A stretch of 64,000 bases of DNA from assembly GCA_005772855.1 (NCBI GenBank), contig SXIK01000196.1:2100-66099 (forward strand), in the 5' to 3' direction. The notes below the pieces were generated by a model. That model searched no databases and had not been told where the DNA came from. It worked only from the letters and a program-made list of their open reading frames with translations. Source of the stretch: Planctomycetia bacterium. GTDB taxonomy: Bacteria; Planctomycetota; UBA8108; SXIK01. Positions 19,642 to 29,869 of this stretch are shown here, one piece after another (the stretch's first letter is position 1; each line of letters opens with the position of its first letter). Position numbers and translations under genes: made by a program.

Positions 19642-20629
19642 CTTTTCCCACCCCAAGTGCAAGATCATCGAACGAGACCTTGAGCTCTACGCCGAGGGCG
19701 AGCTCTTGGATGGCGCCAGGCGAGAGTTTGTTCGCCTTCATGTCACAGCCTGCCCTCTCTGCGGTGCGGCTCTTCGACGATACGATGATCTGACCTCGGC
19801 ATTTCTCTCGAGCTACGCACCGTCCTTCGATGAAAGCTCACGAGCCGACCAAATTCTGGTGCGAATTCAGTCCTTGCCACCTCCGACCCCGGGAGCGTTG
19901 CGCGGGAACTTCCCTGGTTGCGAGTACTCCCCGGCGGCGAGCCTACCTGCGGGTGCCGCAACTTTCGCCGGCCGGGGCTGGCGTCGCCTTGCCCTGGGGG
20001 CAATGGCCTGTGCCGCGGCCCTGGCCATCGCCGCATTTCTTGCTCTGGAAGTCCCGATCGGACCGGCTGGCCCTGGCGACTTCGAGGGGACTGGGGCACC
20101 TTCCCTCCTGGCTGCCTTGAGCTCTCGTCTGGAGCCAACGCAACAGGACGCGTCCGAGCGACGTTGGCTCCTCGATGAGTCCTTCGCGGACCTGGCCCGT
20201 GGGGTGGGGGGAGCCACGAACCGGCTGTTCCGAATGTACGACTTCGATCTGTTCGTTGGCGACTCCTCAAGGCCCAGGTCCGGTCGGTCCAACCCCGAGG
20301 AGCTTCCCGAAGCCGGCTGGGTGATCGAAGCGGCCCGGGGAACTGCAGGCCTGGCCCGAAACACACGCTATTACCTTGTGCCGGACGCGACGGAGGATGC
20401 CAGCGCCGCCATCGAGATCGACCCGGTCGCCTGCTATCGCTCGAGCCCGCTGCCTCCTGTGCCGGCCAGGCTGATTCAGGAAGGGCGGTTGCTTTACCGT
20501 GTCTATGCGGTGCCGAGCACGTCGCGGCTTGAACGACGCAACGAGCTCAACTACACCGACTCGTCACTTCAGTGGGTGCCGACGAAGCACCCTCGGAAGT
20601 GGATGGTGCCAGCCTTGTGGCAGCGCTGA
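19628..20629 (+). CDS. Putative zinc-finger (HxxxCxxC) membrane anti-sigma factor
   Basis: HVTACPLC, single TM helix, overlaps the sigma gene. Confidence 0.75.
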   Translation: MLRPNFSHPKCKIIERDLELYAEGELLDGARREFVRLHVTACPLCGAALRRYDDLTSAFLSSYAPSFDESSRADQILVRIQSLPPPTPGALRGNFPGCEYSPAASLPAGAATFAGRGWRRLALGAMACAAALAIAAFLALEVPIGPAGPGDFEGTGAPSLLAALSSRLEPTQQDASERRWLLDESFADLARGVGGATNRLFRMYDFDLFVGDSSRPRSGRSNPEELPEAGWVIEAARGTAGLARNTRYYLVPDATEDASAAIEIDPVACYRSSPLPPVPARLIQEGRLLYRVYAVPSTSRLERRNELNYTDSSLQWVPTKHPRKWMVPALWQR

Positions 20630-20679
20630 GCACTGTCCGCCCCCTTACAAGCTCGATTCCAGAACAGGACTCCTACCTC

Positions 20680-21837
20680 CTACCCGGCGGCGGCCACAGC
20701 GCTCCTCGGGATCCAATCCGTCACTGGCTTTTGGACGTCGCTCTTGCTCGTCGAGCTCTGCACGCAATCAAGGATTCGGTGTGCGGCTGCCTCCCAGGTG
20801 AAGGCTTGCCCTCTTGCAATCCCGCTCTTGGCAAGTGACCGACGCAAATCGTCCGAGGAGAACAAGCGTTCGAGGCCCCGGGAGATCTCGAGGGCGCTCC
20901 CCTCTGCGAAATGAGCCGCGGCTTCGCCCCAAACCTCTTCCGCGGACGCCGTACGAGGCGCAAGCACGGGCACGCCGCTACGCATCGCCTCGGCTCCAAG
21001 GAGCCAGCTAGCGTCCGGGCGCGTTACATGGACGAACGCGGCTGCGGAGGCAATGAGTCGCTGTCGCGTAAACTCGTCGTCAAAACCCGTCGAAACGAAG
21101 CTCACTTCCTTCGCCAGACCGAGGCAAGCCGCTGCCTGGCGGAGCGCCAGCGGCGCACCCCCGAGGAAGACCAGATGAAGCCGTTTTCCAGACGCTCTCC
21201 GAAAAGAGCGAAACGCCTTGAGAATGCGCCAGACGGCGGCCAGGGACTCTGGCGGATCAGCGCTGTGAACGCCGCTCGCGAGCACATAATCGCCCTCGGG
21301 CAACTGGACGTGCTGGCTTTCGACCCTCAAGAGCCCGTGGACGCCCAGGCCCGGGGGGACCCAGCGGAGGTCCCATTCGCGGTGGGGTGTCTGCGCTGCG
21401 AGGGAATCCATCGCCGAGCGTGTGAGGGTCACGACGGTCGTGGCGCTTCTTTCGAGCGCCCGGGGGCGCTCTTCCAGGATGGTCGCTATTCGAATGGCCG
21501 GTGGCTCCCCCTGGCATGGACGCAAGCCCTTCTCCTCGACGCGTGGAAATCCGATCGGGGAGTAGAGAGCCCACGGCCCGGGGCTCCTGCGTGGTTGCGA
21601 CAGCCGATCTCGCGCATCACGACTCAGTGGTGCGAGGAATCGTTCGACACTCCCGAGCTCCCGCAAGGGCCAGCCTACAAACCGATAATCATGCTCGCGG
21701 CCGCTCTCGAGCAGGCTGCGGATCATGGCCCGGCCATAACTCTGGGCTTCTCTACAGCCTGCTCGATGGGCAGCGCCGAGACCGGATGCGTCGATCCAAA
21801 TTTCCATGGGGTTTCCTTCCGCATCCTTATCGGCCAC
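20680..21837 (-). CDS. GT4-like glycosyltransferase (divergent)
   Basis: IWIDA N-terminus; EAMRSGVPV...EVWGEAA...G..R.QAFTWE.AA C-terminus. Confidence 0.75.
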   Translation of the reverse strand: MADKDAEGNPMEIWIDASGLGAAHRAGCREAQSYGRAMIRSLLESGREHDYRFVGWPLRELGSVERFLAPLSRDARDRLSQPRRSPGPWALYSPIGFPRVEEKGLRPCQGEPPAIRIATILEERPRALERSATTVVTLTRSAMDSLAAQTPHREWDLRWVPPGLGVHGLLRVESQHVQLPEGDYVLASGVHSADPPESLAAVWRILKAFRSFRRASGKRLHLVFLGGAPLALRQAAACLGLAKEVSFVSTGFDDEFTRQRLIASAAAFVHVTRPDASWLLGAEAMRSGVPVLAPRTASAEEVWGEAAAHFAEGSALEISRGLERLFSSDDLRRSLAKSGIARGQAFTWEAAAHRILDCVQSSTSKSDVQKPVTDWIPRSAVAAAG

Positions 21838-21911
21838 GCAATGCGGGGACTTGAGAAAAACTAGTCCAAACTCTTGACGCTGGAAGGGTCGATCTCTACC
21901 CTCTGCGCAAC

Positions 21912-23825
21912 ATGCACAGTGCGCAAACCCTTTTCAGCGGGACCAACGTCTCTGCGTCGAGGGTCGAGAGGAGGCGGCCCCTGGCCAACCCAGGGCCCAG
22001 CCGGGGACGGCTCCGCCTTGGGATCTTCGTGGGAATCCTCCCCGTCCTTTTTTCCTGTGACCACGACAGCTCCCGCCGGGCACGAAGCAGCTTCAACAGG
22101 GCTCCTGTGGTGGAGCTCCGCGTGTCGGGCGAGAGGCGGGTGGGCTCCAAGATTACCCTCAATGGCCGATCGAGCCGGGATCCCGACGGCGATCCGCTCG
22201 GTATCGATTGGACCCTGGTGGATAAGCCACCCGCAAGCCAGCTTGGGGGGGAGGATTTGCTCCAGCCAGTTCCCGCTCTGGCCACGTTCATTCCGGACGC
22301 GTCTGGAGCTTACCTGGTGCGCCTCACCCTGAACGACGGTGAGGTCCAGGCGTCAGCTTCGGCGTTTGTGCTCATCTCCGAGGGCGGCATACCACCCCCC
22401 GGCGGGAACGGAGGGAGGACCGAGCTTGTTTGCCCGTCGGTGGGCGCGCTTCGTGGCGGAGAGGAGATCCGCTTTTTCGGTGGGCCTTTTCCCGAGGGGA
22501 CGCTCGTCAGGTTTGGCCAGGTGCTGGCGACGGAGGTGCGGATCACTGACGGGGGCGCGGTCCTCGTTGCGACTTCTCCCAAAGTTGAGGCCCCCGGCGT
22601 CGTCGACGTGACAATTGAGATCTCGGGGGATCAAGCGATCCTCCTCAGGGAGGGGTTCACTTTCATTGAAGGGGAGATTAAGTTCCCGAGGAATCTGTCT
22701 CGCGACATCGAAGTCGAGCGTTCCCCGACCGCGTTGGTTTCCGTCGGGCCTGGCCGGATTCTATCGGGTTTGTCCAGGGGACGAGTGCAGCTCTTGTCGC
22801 TTGAGCCCGATGGCTCTGTGGCCAAGTCCGGGCTGCTACAGCTCACCGACGAGGGGCATCCGATCACGAATCTCTCCGCTTCGTCCGCTCGAGCAGATGG
22901 CTCCGTTGACATCGTGGTGGTGGGCGGCGCGGGTGCGAAGGTCCTTGTCGTGCGTTTTTTGAGTGGTGGCGGACTTCTGAGCTTTCCCCTGCCGTTCGAA
23001 GGCGAGGCCGTAAGCGCCGTGGCCCAGGATTTCGAGCGCGGCGGCGTTGCCGAGGTGGCCGTGGCGGACCGCGCTCACCAGAGGCTCGTTCTGTATCACT
23101 CCGTGGCCACGGGGACGGGTGAACGCTACTTGCCTTTCGGCGAGTATCCCCTGGGTGGGCAGCCCTGCGCGGTGACAGCGGGGCAGCTGGACGGAGACGA
23201 GGAGCTCGAAATCGTCGTGGGAAGTTTGCCGGGGCCAGAAATCACCATCATCGACCCGGGCCCGTCCGGGACTCGCGTCGTTGATGTGGACTCGCCCGAG
23301 ACGGACGGCGTTCTGACCTTGCGCGCAGGTGAATTCGGGTTGGCAGGTCGATCGAGCCTGGCGGCGATCGCACGTGACAGGGGTGGCAAGACCGCGTTGG
23401 TATTCCTTGATTTTGTGCCCGCCTTTGCGAAGGGTGCCGGGGTCACTGGACCTTCCGTCAACCTCGATCCACTGACGCGTTTCGAGGTCGAGGACGATGG
23501 TGCCAGCCTCGAGGCGGGTGATCTCGACTTGGATGGAGATACCGACGTCGCTCTTCACGACAGTTCGAGCGGCTCGGTGCGAATCCTCCGCAACACCCGC
23601 AATGGCGAGCCTGAAACTCCCGAGGAATGTGCGCGTGTTCTGGCGACGGGGTCGCGAGGTGACGTACCACGTTTTCGTGAGTTGATCGTGCCAGTCTTCG
23701 ACAGGCCGAGCATCCAGGCGTTGACTTTGGGCGACTGGAACGGGGATAGCCTTCCGGACCTTGCCGTCTCGCATGCGGAGGAGTTTCGTGGCCTTCGCAT
23801 CTTGACTCAGGGCACGGGGGAGTGA
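21912..23825 (+). CDS. Lipoprotein with PKD, IPT/TIG and FG-GAP/VCBS repeats
   Basis: LFSC lipobox; LNGRSSRDPDGDPL...W; GGEEI...V.FG; GQLDGD, GDLDLDGDTD and GDWNGDSLPDLAV repeats. Confidence 0.75.
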   Translation: MHSAQTLFSGTNVSASRVERRRPLANPGPSRGRLRLGIFVGILPVLFSCDHDSSRRARSSFNRAPVVELRVSGERRVGSKITLNGRSSRDPDGDPLGIDWTLVDKPPASQLGGEDLLQPVPALATFIPDASGAYLVRLTLNDGEVQASASAFVLISEGGIPPPGGNGGRTELVCPSVGALRGGEEIRFFGGPFPEGTLVRFGQVLATEVRITDGGAVLVATSPKVEAPGVVDVTIEISGDQAILLREGFTFIEGEIKFPRNLSRDIEVERSPTALVSVGPGRILSGLSRGRVQLLSLEPDGSVAKSGLLQLTDEGHPITNLSASSARADGSVDIVVVGGAGAKVLVVRFLSGGGLLSFPLPFEGEAVSAVAQDFERGGVAEVAVADRAHQRLVLYHSVATGTGERYLPFGEYPLGGQPCAVTAGQLDGDEELEIVVGSLPGPEITIIDPGPSGTRVVDVDSPETDGVLTLRAGEFGLAGRSSLAAIARDRGGKTALVFLDFVPAFAKGAGVTGPSVNLDPLTRFEVEDDGASLEAGDLDLDGDTDVALHDSSSGSVRILRNTRNGEPETPEECARVLATGSRGDVPRFRELIVPVFDRPSIQALTLGDWNGDSLPDLAVSHAEEFRGLRILTQGTGE

Positions 23826-23838
23826 AGGAATCCACCAC

Positions 23839-24657
23839 GTGAGCTCGACCGAGCGTCTGTCGGTGGTGGTGGCAGTGAAAAACGAAGCGCACCAGATCCG
23901 GGACTGTCTCGAAAGTCTGCGGTTTGCCGACGAGATCGTTGTTGTCGACATGCTCAGCACGGATGGCACGCTCGAGCTTGTCCGTGACCTTGCCGACAAG
24001 GTGATGGTGCATGATGGCGGCCCGCACCGGCTCATCCACGTCAACAAGAACCTGGGATTCGACGCGGCTACGGGGCCGTGGATCTTGAACCTCGACGCCG
24101 ACGAACGCCTCACGCCGGCCCTGCGCGATGAGATTCTCGGTGTGCTGCGGGGTCCAGATCCCGGGGTGGCGGCCTACGCGCTCCCATTCACGCACTACTT
24201 CTTTGGCAAGTATCTCCGCCACGGCGGCTTTCGCGGTAGCCTCGTGCGCCTCTTTCGCAAGGGCAAGCTCCGCTATCCCGCGGACCGGGCCCACTCGACG
24301 CCCCTCGTCGATGGCAAGATCGCCGAGCTCAAGGGCCTCGTTGTCCACTTCAACCACAGGCGAATTGCTGACTTCGTTGAAAAAATGAACCTCTATACGT
24401 CATCGGACGCAGCGCTCCTCGTTGAGCACGGACGCGGAGGCCTCAGAAATCGGCCCTTGCCTCGAAACCTCGGCGGGAAACTCTTTCAGGCGCCCATTGC
24501 CGTCTTCTGGAACCGGTACATCCGCCACGCAGGATTCCTTGACGGTGTTCATGGATTCGTTGCGGCGGTGTTGCTCGGTTTCTACCAGTTCGTTGAGTAC
24601 GCGAAGGTGTGGGAAAGAAAGAACGTGCCACCGAAGCGCGAGGAAGAGGCACGGTGA
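23839..24657 (+). CDS. GT2 glycosyltransferase (WaaE/LgtF-like, LPS core)
   Basis: KNEA..I..CL.S, S.DGT, WILNLDADE, K.N.Y(T)S and GFLDG.HG motifs. Confidence 0.88.
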   Translation: MSSTERLSVVVAVKNEAHQIRDCLESLRFADEIVVVDMLSTDGTLELVRDLADKVMVHDGGPHRLIHVNKNLGFDAATGPWILNLDADERLTPALRDEILGVLRGPDPGVAAYALPFTHYFFGKYLRHGGFRGSLVRLFRKGKLRYPADRAHSTPLVDGKIAELKGLVVHFNHRRIADFVEKMNLYTSSDAALLVEHGRGGLRNRPLPRNLGGKLFQAPIAVFWNRYIRHAGFLDGVHGFVAAVLLGFYQFVEYAKVWERKNVPPKREEEAR

Positions 24658-26585
24658 GTCCAGGCAAGCTGCACACATCATCGCAAGAGCCGTTGCTTGT
24701 GATCGCCACCGAATCGCGCTGGGCTCTCTATCGTAGTCTCCTCCGGCACTATTGGCCCAGGCTCGTCGCCATGATGGGGCTTGTGGTGCTCTATTCGGCC
24801 TTGACCTCCATTCGTCTCGCCGCCGCGGGGCTTGTCGATATCCTCGAGGCCAGGTTTGGCGCTGGCGGTGGGAGGTTGATCGATCGGCTCGAGAGGGCGC
24901 GGGTGTGGCTGTTCGGAGACGTGGGTGTTCCGCTGGCTGAGCGATTCCGGGCGGACGAAGCGTTCTTCTACAACTTTCTTCTCGCATCGATGGGTGCTTT
25001 TGTCGTCGTATCCCTGGTCATGGCCCTGGCCTTTTACTTCAAGGAGCTCATGGCCCAGGCGTTGATCTTGCGGATGGAAGTTGACGTTCGCCGCGCAGTC
25101 TTTTCCCACTTGTGCTCCCAATCGGTCGCCTACTTCAATCGACAGCGGTCCGGGGATGTCATCTCCCGGCTCACGAATGACATCAACGCGTTGAGGCAGT
25201 CCTTCAAGCTGTTCTTCGAGGACCTTGTCCAGCAACCCTTCTTGATCGTCGGTTCTCTTCTGATGGCCCTCGACGGTGCCCCCTGGCTCACACTGGCTTG
25301 TTTCCCCTTCTATGGACTTCTCATGTTGCCGGTGCTCCGATCGGGGAAAAAGATCATCAAGCACGGTCGGGGTCGTCTCGAGAAACTTGGGGTTCTCACG
25401 GAGTCCATCGGTCAACTCTTCAGTGGGATCCGCATCGTCAAAGCCTTTGGCATGGAACGGCGGGAAGAAGAAGAATTCGCTGCGAGAAATGAGGACTTCG
25501 TGCGGAGCACCCTGAAGATGAACCGCGCCAAGGTGAAATCACGCGCAGTTCAGGAGCTCCTTTACAACCTCGGCACGGCGCTGGCGGTCCTGGGAGGTCT
25601 GTGGCTTGTTGCTCGCGGCCTGGTGGACTCCGGAGGTTTTCTTCAGTTCCTGTTCGCGATGGTGCAGATCTACATGCCGTTGAAGGCCCTGTCGAACGCA
25701 TGGAACCAACTTCAGGAGTCCCGTGGTGCTGTCGACAGGACGCTCGAGGTCCTGCGCGAGAGCCCCATGATCAAGGACCACGAGGGCTCGCTGGAGTTTC
25801 CCGGCGTCAAGGAGAAGATTTGCTTCGAAGACATTGAGTTCTCCTACAGCCAGCTGGATCCCCGTTCGGTCAGCCATCAGGGCTCCGAGGACGTGCAACA
25901 TGTGTCCGTTCTCCACGACATTTCCTTTCAGGCGCAAGCCGGCCAAGTATTGGCCTTCGTGGGGCCGAGCGGCTCCGGCAAGTCCACCATCGTGGACCTG
26001 CTTGCTCGGTTCTACGATCCCCAGAAAGGCAGGATCCTCGTCGACGGCCGTGACATCCGGGACTACCAGTACTCCTCTTACCTGAGCTCGATCGCCATCG
26101 TCTCCCAGGACCCGTTTCTGTTCCACACCACGATCCGCGAGAATATCCGCCATGGCAAGGAAACGGCAACCGACTCCGAAATCGAGGAGGCCGCCAGGGT
26201 GGCCTTCGCACATGACTTTATACTGGAACAGCCGCAGGGCTACGACACGGTCATCGGGGAACGAGGCGTCATGCTCTCGGGCGGACAACGCCAGCGCATC
26301 ACGATCGCTCGGGCTGTGCTCAAGAACGCGCAGATCCTGATCCTCGACGAGGCGACTTCCGCTCTGGACAGTCAATCGGAGAAGGAAGTTCAGCGGGCGA
26401 TTGACAACCTGATCAAAGCGCGTACCACGTTTGTGGTTGCTCATCGATTGTCCACAGTCGTCCATGCCGATAAGATTCTTGTGCTGGAGAATGGGAGGAT
26501 CCTCGAGAGCGGCCGCCACGAGGAGCTCCTGAAAGCGGGAGGAAGTTACTCACAGCTTTGGCGCTCACAAAATCCGGAGAAATAG
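24654..26585 (+). CDS. msbA: MsbA-like lipid A/glycolipid ABC exporter (fused permease and ATPase)
   Basis: SRLTND; Walker A GPSGSGKST; LSGGQRQR; LDEATSALD; AHRLST; LPS gene context. Confidence 0.75.
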   Translation: MSPGKLHTSSQEPLLVIATESRWALYRSLLRHYWPRLVAMMGLVVLYSALTSIRLAAAGLVDILEARFGAGGGRLIDRLERARVWLFGDVGVPLAERFRADEAFFYNFLLASMGAFVVVSLVMALAFYFKELMAQALILRMEVDVRRAVFSHLCSQSVAYFNRQRSGDVISRLTNDINALRQSFKLFFEDLVQQPFLIVGSLLMALDGAPWLTLACFPFYGLLMLPVLRSGKKIIKHGRGRLEKLGVLTESIGQLFSGIRIVKAFGMERREEEEFAARNEDFVRSTLKMNRAKVKSRAVQELLYNLGTALAVLGGLWLVARGLVDSGGFLQFLFAMVQIYMPLKALSNAWNQLQESRGAVDRTLEVLRESPMIKDHEGSLEFPGVKEKICFEDIEFSYSQLDPRSVSHQGSEDVQHVSVLHDISFQAQAGQVLAFVGPSGSGKSTIVDLLARFYDPQKGRILVDGRDIRDYQYSSYLSSIAIVSQDPFLFHTTIRENIRHGKETATDSEIEEAARVAFAHDFILEQPQGYDTVIGERGVMLSGGQRQRITIARAVLKNAQILILDEATSALDSQSEKEVQRAIDNLIKARTTFVVAHRLSTVVHADKILVLENGRILESGRHEELLKAGGSYSQLWRSQNPEK

Positions 26586-26719
26586 TACCCAAACTAGTAC
26601 CTACATTCATGAGAGCGTTCCACCATGGGAGCCCTGCGGGCCCGCGGCCGTGCAGATGGTCGAAACCAGAAGAGTCCTTCACTGCTTCTTGCCAGAGCTC
26701 GTGAAACGGAGCCATTAAC

Positions 26720-27781
26720 GTGATTATGACTCTCGATGAGCACGAATTTGGGGCTTATACGAAGCTTGTGCCGTCCTTTCGCGGACGTAAGGTTGGGGTC
26801 ATTGGCGATCTCGTTGCGGACAGCTACGTCTATGGTGTTCCGGCCCGCCTGTCGCGCGAGGCGCCGGTCGTTATTCTTCGCCACGAACGCGAGGAGTTCT
26901 TTCCCGGCGGCGCCGCCAACACGGTTTCAAACCTCCTGGCGCTTGGCGCTGAGGTCTGTGTCTTCGCTCTGGTGGGAGACGATGCGCAGGGCACGAAGCT
27001 GCTCGAGCTCCTGGGATCCATGGGCGCGGACGTCTCGAGCGTGATCCGCTCGAGCGCCTGGCGCACGATCGCGAAGAGTCGCATCCTGGCGGGCGACTAT
27101 CATACGAAGAAGCAGCAGGTGCTTCGAATCGACCAGGAGCCGGGACGAGCCCCTTCACCCGAGGAGCGAAGGCAGGTTGAGCAGCGGATGCGAGAGGCTT
27201 CGAGCTTCGTGGATGCCTGGGTCGTCTCGGACTACGGATATCACCTCGCCACGGGCCCCAGCACGATTGAGATCGTGCGTAAGGAAGGCGCCAGGGGCAA
27301 GGTGGTCGTCGCCGATTCCCGTTATCGAGTTAGAGATTTCCAGGGCTTCACGTTGGTCACACCCAACGAGATGGAGCTCTTTTCCGCCTATGGAATCGAG
27401 CATATCCCCGTCGAAGGGGCGAGTGATAGCCTCGTGCTCGAGACCGGCCGGCGATTGCTTGAGGAATTGGGCTCGTCGAGCGCAGTGCTCGTCACGCGAG
27501 GCAACCGCGGCATGATGCTCTTCGAGCATGGATGCGAGCCGAAGCCGATCCCGATTTCGGGCACCCAGGATATTGTCGACGTCTCCGGCGCCGGAGACAC
27601 GGTCGTCTCGGCCATGACGCTATCCCTCGCAAGTCGCACGAGCCTTCTCTCGGCGGCGAGGCTCTCCAACATCGCCGCCGGCGTGAAGGTGATGAAACGC
27701 GGCACTGTTCCCGTCAGCTCGGTCGAGCTCTTGAGCGCCGCCGGCAAGTTGACTCAGGTCTCTGGCCCGGGCCGCAACTGA
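26720..27781 (+). CDS. hldA: Heptose-7-phosphate kinase (HldA/RfaE domain I, PfkB family)
   Basis: GD...D.Y.YG...RLSREAPV, PGGAAN, SDY, TPN..E and DVSGAGDTV motifs. Confidence 0.8.
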   Translation: MIMTLDEHEFGAYTKLVPSFRGRKVGVIGDLVADSYVYGVPARLSREAPVVILRHEREEFFPGGAANTVSNLLALGAEVCVFALVGDDAQGTKLLELLGSMGADVSSVIRSSAWRTIAKSRILAGDYHTKKQQVLRIDQEPGRAPSPEERRQVEQRMREASSFVDAWVVSDYGYHLATGPSTIEIVRKEGARGKVVVADSRYRVRDFQGFTLVTPNEMELFSAYGIEHIPVEGASDSLVLETGRRLLEELGSSSAVLVTRGNRGMMLFEHGCEPKPIPISGTQDIVDVSGAGDTVVSAMTLSLASRTSLLSAARLSNIAAGVKVMKRGTVPVSSVELLSAAGKLTQVSGPGRN

Positions 27782-28424
27782 CAGCCCGCGCAACAAGGCG
27801 GCGTGGCAATGCTGCGAGCACGGCCAGTACCTTGCTGCCATACTTGCGTACGCGTGCCTCGCCCATTCCCGGCATCTGTGCAAGCTCTGCGAGCGTGCTC
27901 GGTCGACTTGTCGCCAGCACGGCCAGGGTGGCGTTGGGAAAGATCCCGTGGGGGGCACGGCCCTCCTGGCGGGCGAGCTCGGCGCGTAGTGATCGCAATT
28001 GGTCCTCGACTTCGTGGTTCGAGCCGAGCCTGGGGCGAACGGGGAAGAGCCTTGCCAGCTCAAGGGGATCTGTCGAAAGGGACAAGCACTCTGTGAGATC
28101 GACGGAGAGTTTCTGCGATCCCCGGCCGCCGTGCGCGATGGTGAGGATTCCGTACTCAACGAGCGCGTCGAGGAATTCGTGGAGCCAGGTCGCCGTGACC
28201 GCCTCGAGCAGACCGTAGAGGTCCTTCAGGGCCGGTACGTCCAGCGGTCCGGGTGCCTGGCTTCCACGTAGAAAATTCACGAGCCTGCGGCGACTCACCG
28301 GGCCCTGCGGGGTGTCGCCGAGGAATTTGGCCGCGTCGACAAGGACGCGTAGAAGGGAGGCACGAAACAATTGCGAAGCGGGCACATTCTGTGCCCCCCA
28401 AGCAGTCGATGGATGGCGAGGCAT
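27714..28424 (-). CDS. Stand-alone RQC (winged helix) plus HRDC domain protein
   Basis: LVNFLRGS...YGLL; LR.LRAELARQEG.AP..IFPNATL..LA..RP.TL.EL...PGMGE.R...YG. Confidence 0.75.
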   Translation of the reverse strand: MPRHPSTAWGAQNVPASQLFRASLLRVLVDAAKFLGDTPQGPVSRRRLVNFLRGSQAPGPLDVPALKDLYGLLEAVTATWLHEFLDALVEYGILTIAHGGRGSQKLSVDLTECLSLSTDPLELARLFPVRPRLGSNHEVEDQLRSLRAELARQEGRAPHGIFPNATLAVLATSRPSTLAELAQMPGMGEARVRKYGSKVLAVLAALPRRLVARAVSCGPGQRPESTCRRRSRARPS

Positions 28425-28558
28425 GGGGGAAACTTTCCGGCTCCGGAAGGGGTCTCGGGGTCGGTTTCAGGCAGGAAGGCGGAATGTACACGTGCGCCGG
28501 ACTGGGAGCAAGCAGCGAACCTGGGGGCGATCACGACACCGAGCGTGGGGATCGAGTG

Positions 28559-29869
28559 TCACGCAAAGACCGTCTTGAGGACGCTTTCGATTTCGTCGAA
28601 GACCCAGTGGACCTCACGGTCGGTGATGACGTAGGGCGGCATGAAATAGAGGACGTTTCCGAGCGGCCTGAGAAGGATGCCGCGGTCGAGAAAGAGCGCA
28701 TTTAGCCTGGGGCCGAGGCCGCTCAGGTAGCCTTGATGGGAGTCCACAGCCAGCTCGATTGCGGCAACTCCGCCGATGTTTCGCGTCTCCATCACGAAAG
28801 GTAAGGTTCCGAGGACCTTCAGGCGCTCTGCGAAGAGCGCCTCGATCGCCTGCACGCGGCTCATCCGCCGTTCCTCGTCGAAGATGGCGAGACTCTCGAG
28901 AGCCACCGCGCACGCGAGCGCGTTGCCGGTGTAGGAATGCCCGTGAAAAAAAGTTTTCGCACGGTCCTCCGACAGAAACGAGGAGTAGATCTCCTCCGTG
29001 ACCAGAGTGGCGGCGAGTGGCAGGTAGCCGGCTGTCAGTGCCTTCGATACGCAAAGGAGGTCCGGCTCGATGGGGCCGTGCTCGCAGGCGAAAAGCCTTC
29101 CAGTGCGCCCGAATCCCGTGAGCACCTCGTCGGCGATGAGCGGACTCCCGTGTTGCGTACAGAGCTCGCGAACCTGACGAAGAAAGGGGGCTGGCCAGAC
29201 GATCATGCCTCCGGCGCCCTGAAGCATCGGCTCGATGATCATGCCGGCGACCTTGCGGCCGTCGCGCTCGAGGATCGCTCCGAGATCTTCCCCGCTGCCG
29301 GAGCGAAACGGCAGGCGGGCTCTGCGCACTTCGAAGAAGAGATCGCGAAAGTTTTGGTGGAAGACCTCGACCCCACCGGCTGCCATCGCTCCAAACGTGT
29401 CTCCGTGGTAGGAGTGGTCGAGTGCCACGAAGAGCCTTCGCCCGGGCTCCCCGCGATTCCGCCAATACTGGTAGACAAGTTTCAAAGCCACCTCGACTGC
29501 CGTGGAACCATCGTCGGAGAAGAAGACGCGGGGGAGGCGACCGGGTGATCTACGAGAAAGCTCCGCTGCCAACCTTGCCCCCGGCTCGTGGGTGAAGCCA
29601 GCGAAGATCACCTGCGACATTCGGGAGGCCTGCTTAGTGAGGGCCTGGTTGAGCCGCGGGTGGCTGTGGCCGTGAATATTGACCCACCAGGAGCTGATGC
29701 CGTCGAGGATCTTGCGTCCGCTCGTCGTGTGGAGGTAGACACCCAAAGCACGCTCGATCGGCACGGCGGGCGGCGCCGTGAGCATTTGCGTGTAGGGATG
29801 CCAGACATGGCAACGGTCGTCCTCAATCCAGGGCTGGGGCTTTGTGACGTCGCTCATGAGCTCACTCAA
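28559..29869 (-). CDS. bioA: Adenosylmethionine-8-amino-7-oxononanoate aminotransferase
   Basis: WHPYTQM, DGISSWWVN.HGH, YHGDTFG, EPMLQGAGGM, DEVLTGFGRTG and SKALT motifs. Confidence 0.96.
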   Translation of the reverse strand: MSELMSDVTKPQPWIEDDRCHVWHPYTQMLTAPPAVPIERALGVYLHTTSGRKILDGISSWWVNIHGHSHPRLNQALTKQASRMSQVIFAGFTHEPGARLAAELSRRSPGRLPRVFFSDDGSTAVEVALKLVYQYWRNRGEPGRRLFVALDHSYHGDTFGAMAAGGVEVFHQNFRDLFFEVRRARLPFRSGSGEDLGAILERDGRKVAGMIIEPMLQGAGGMIVWPAPFLRQVRELCTQHGSPLIADEVLTGFGRTGRLFACEHGPIEPDLLCVSKALTAGYLPLAATLVTEEIYSSFLSEDRAKTFFHGHSYTGNALACAVALESLAIFDEERRMSRVQAIEALFAERLKVLGTLPFVMETRNIGGVAAIELAVDSHQGYLSGLGPRLNALFLDRGILLRPLGNVLYFMPPYVITDREVHWVFDEIESVLKTVFA

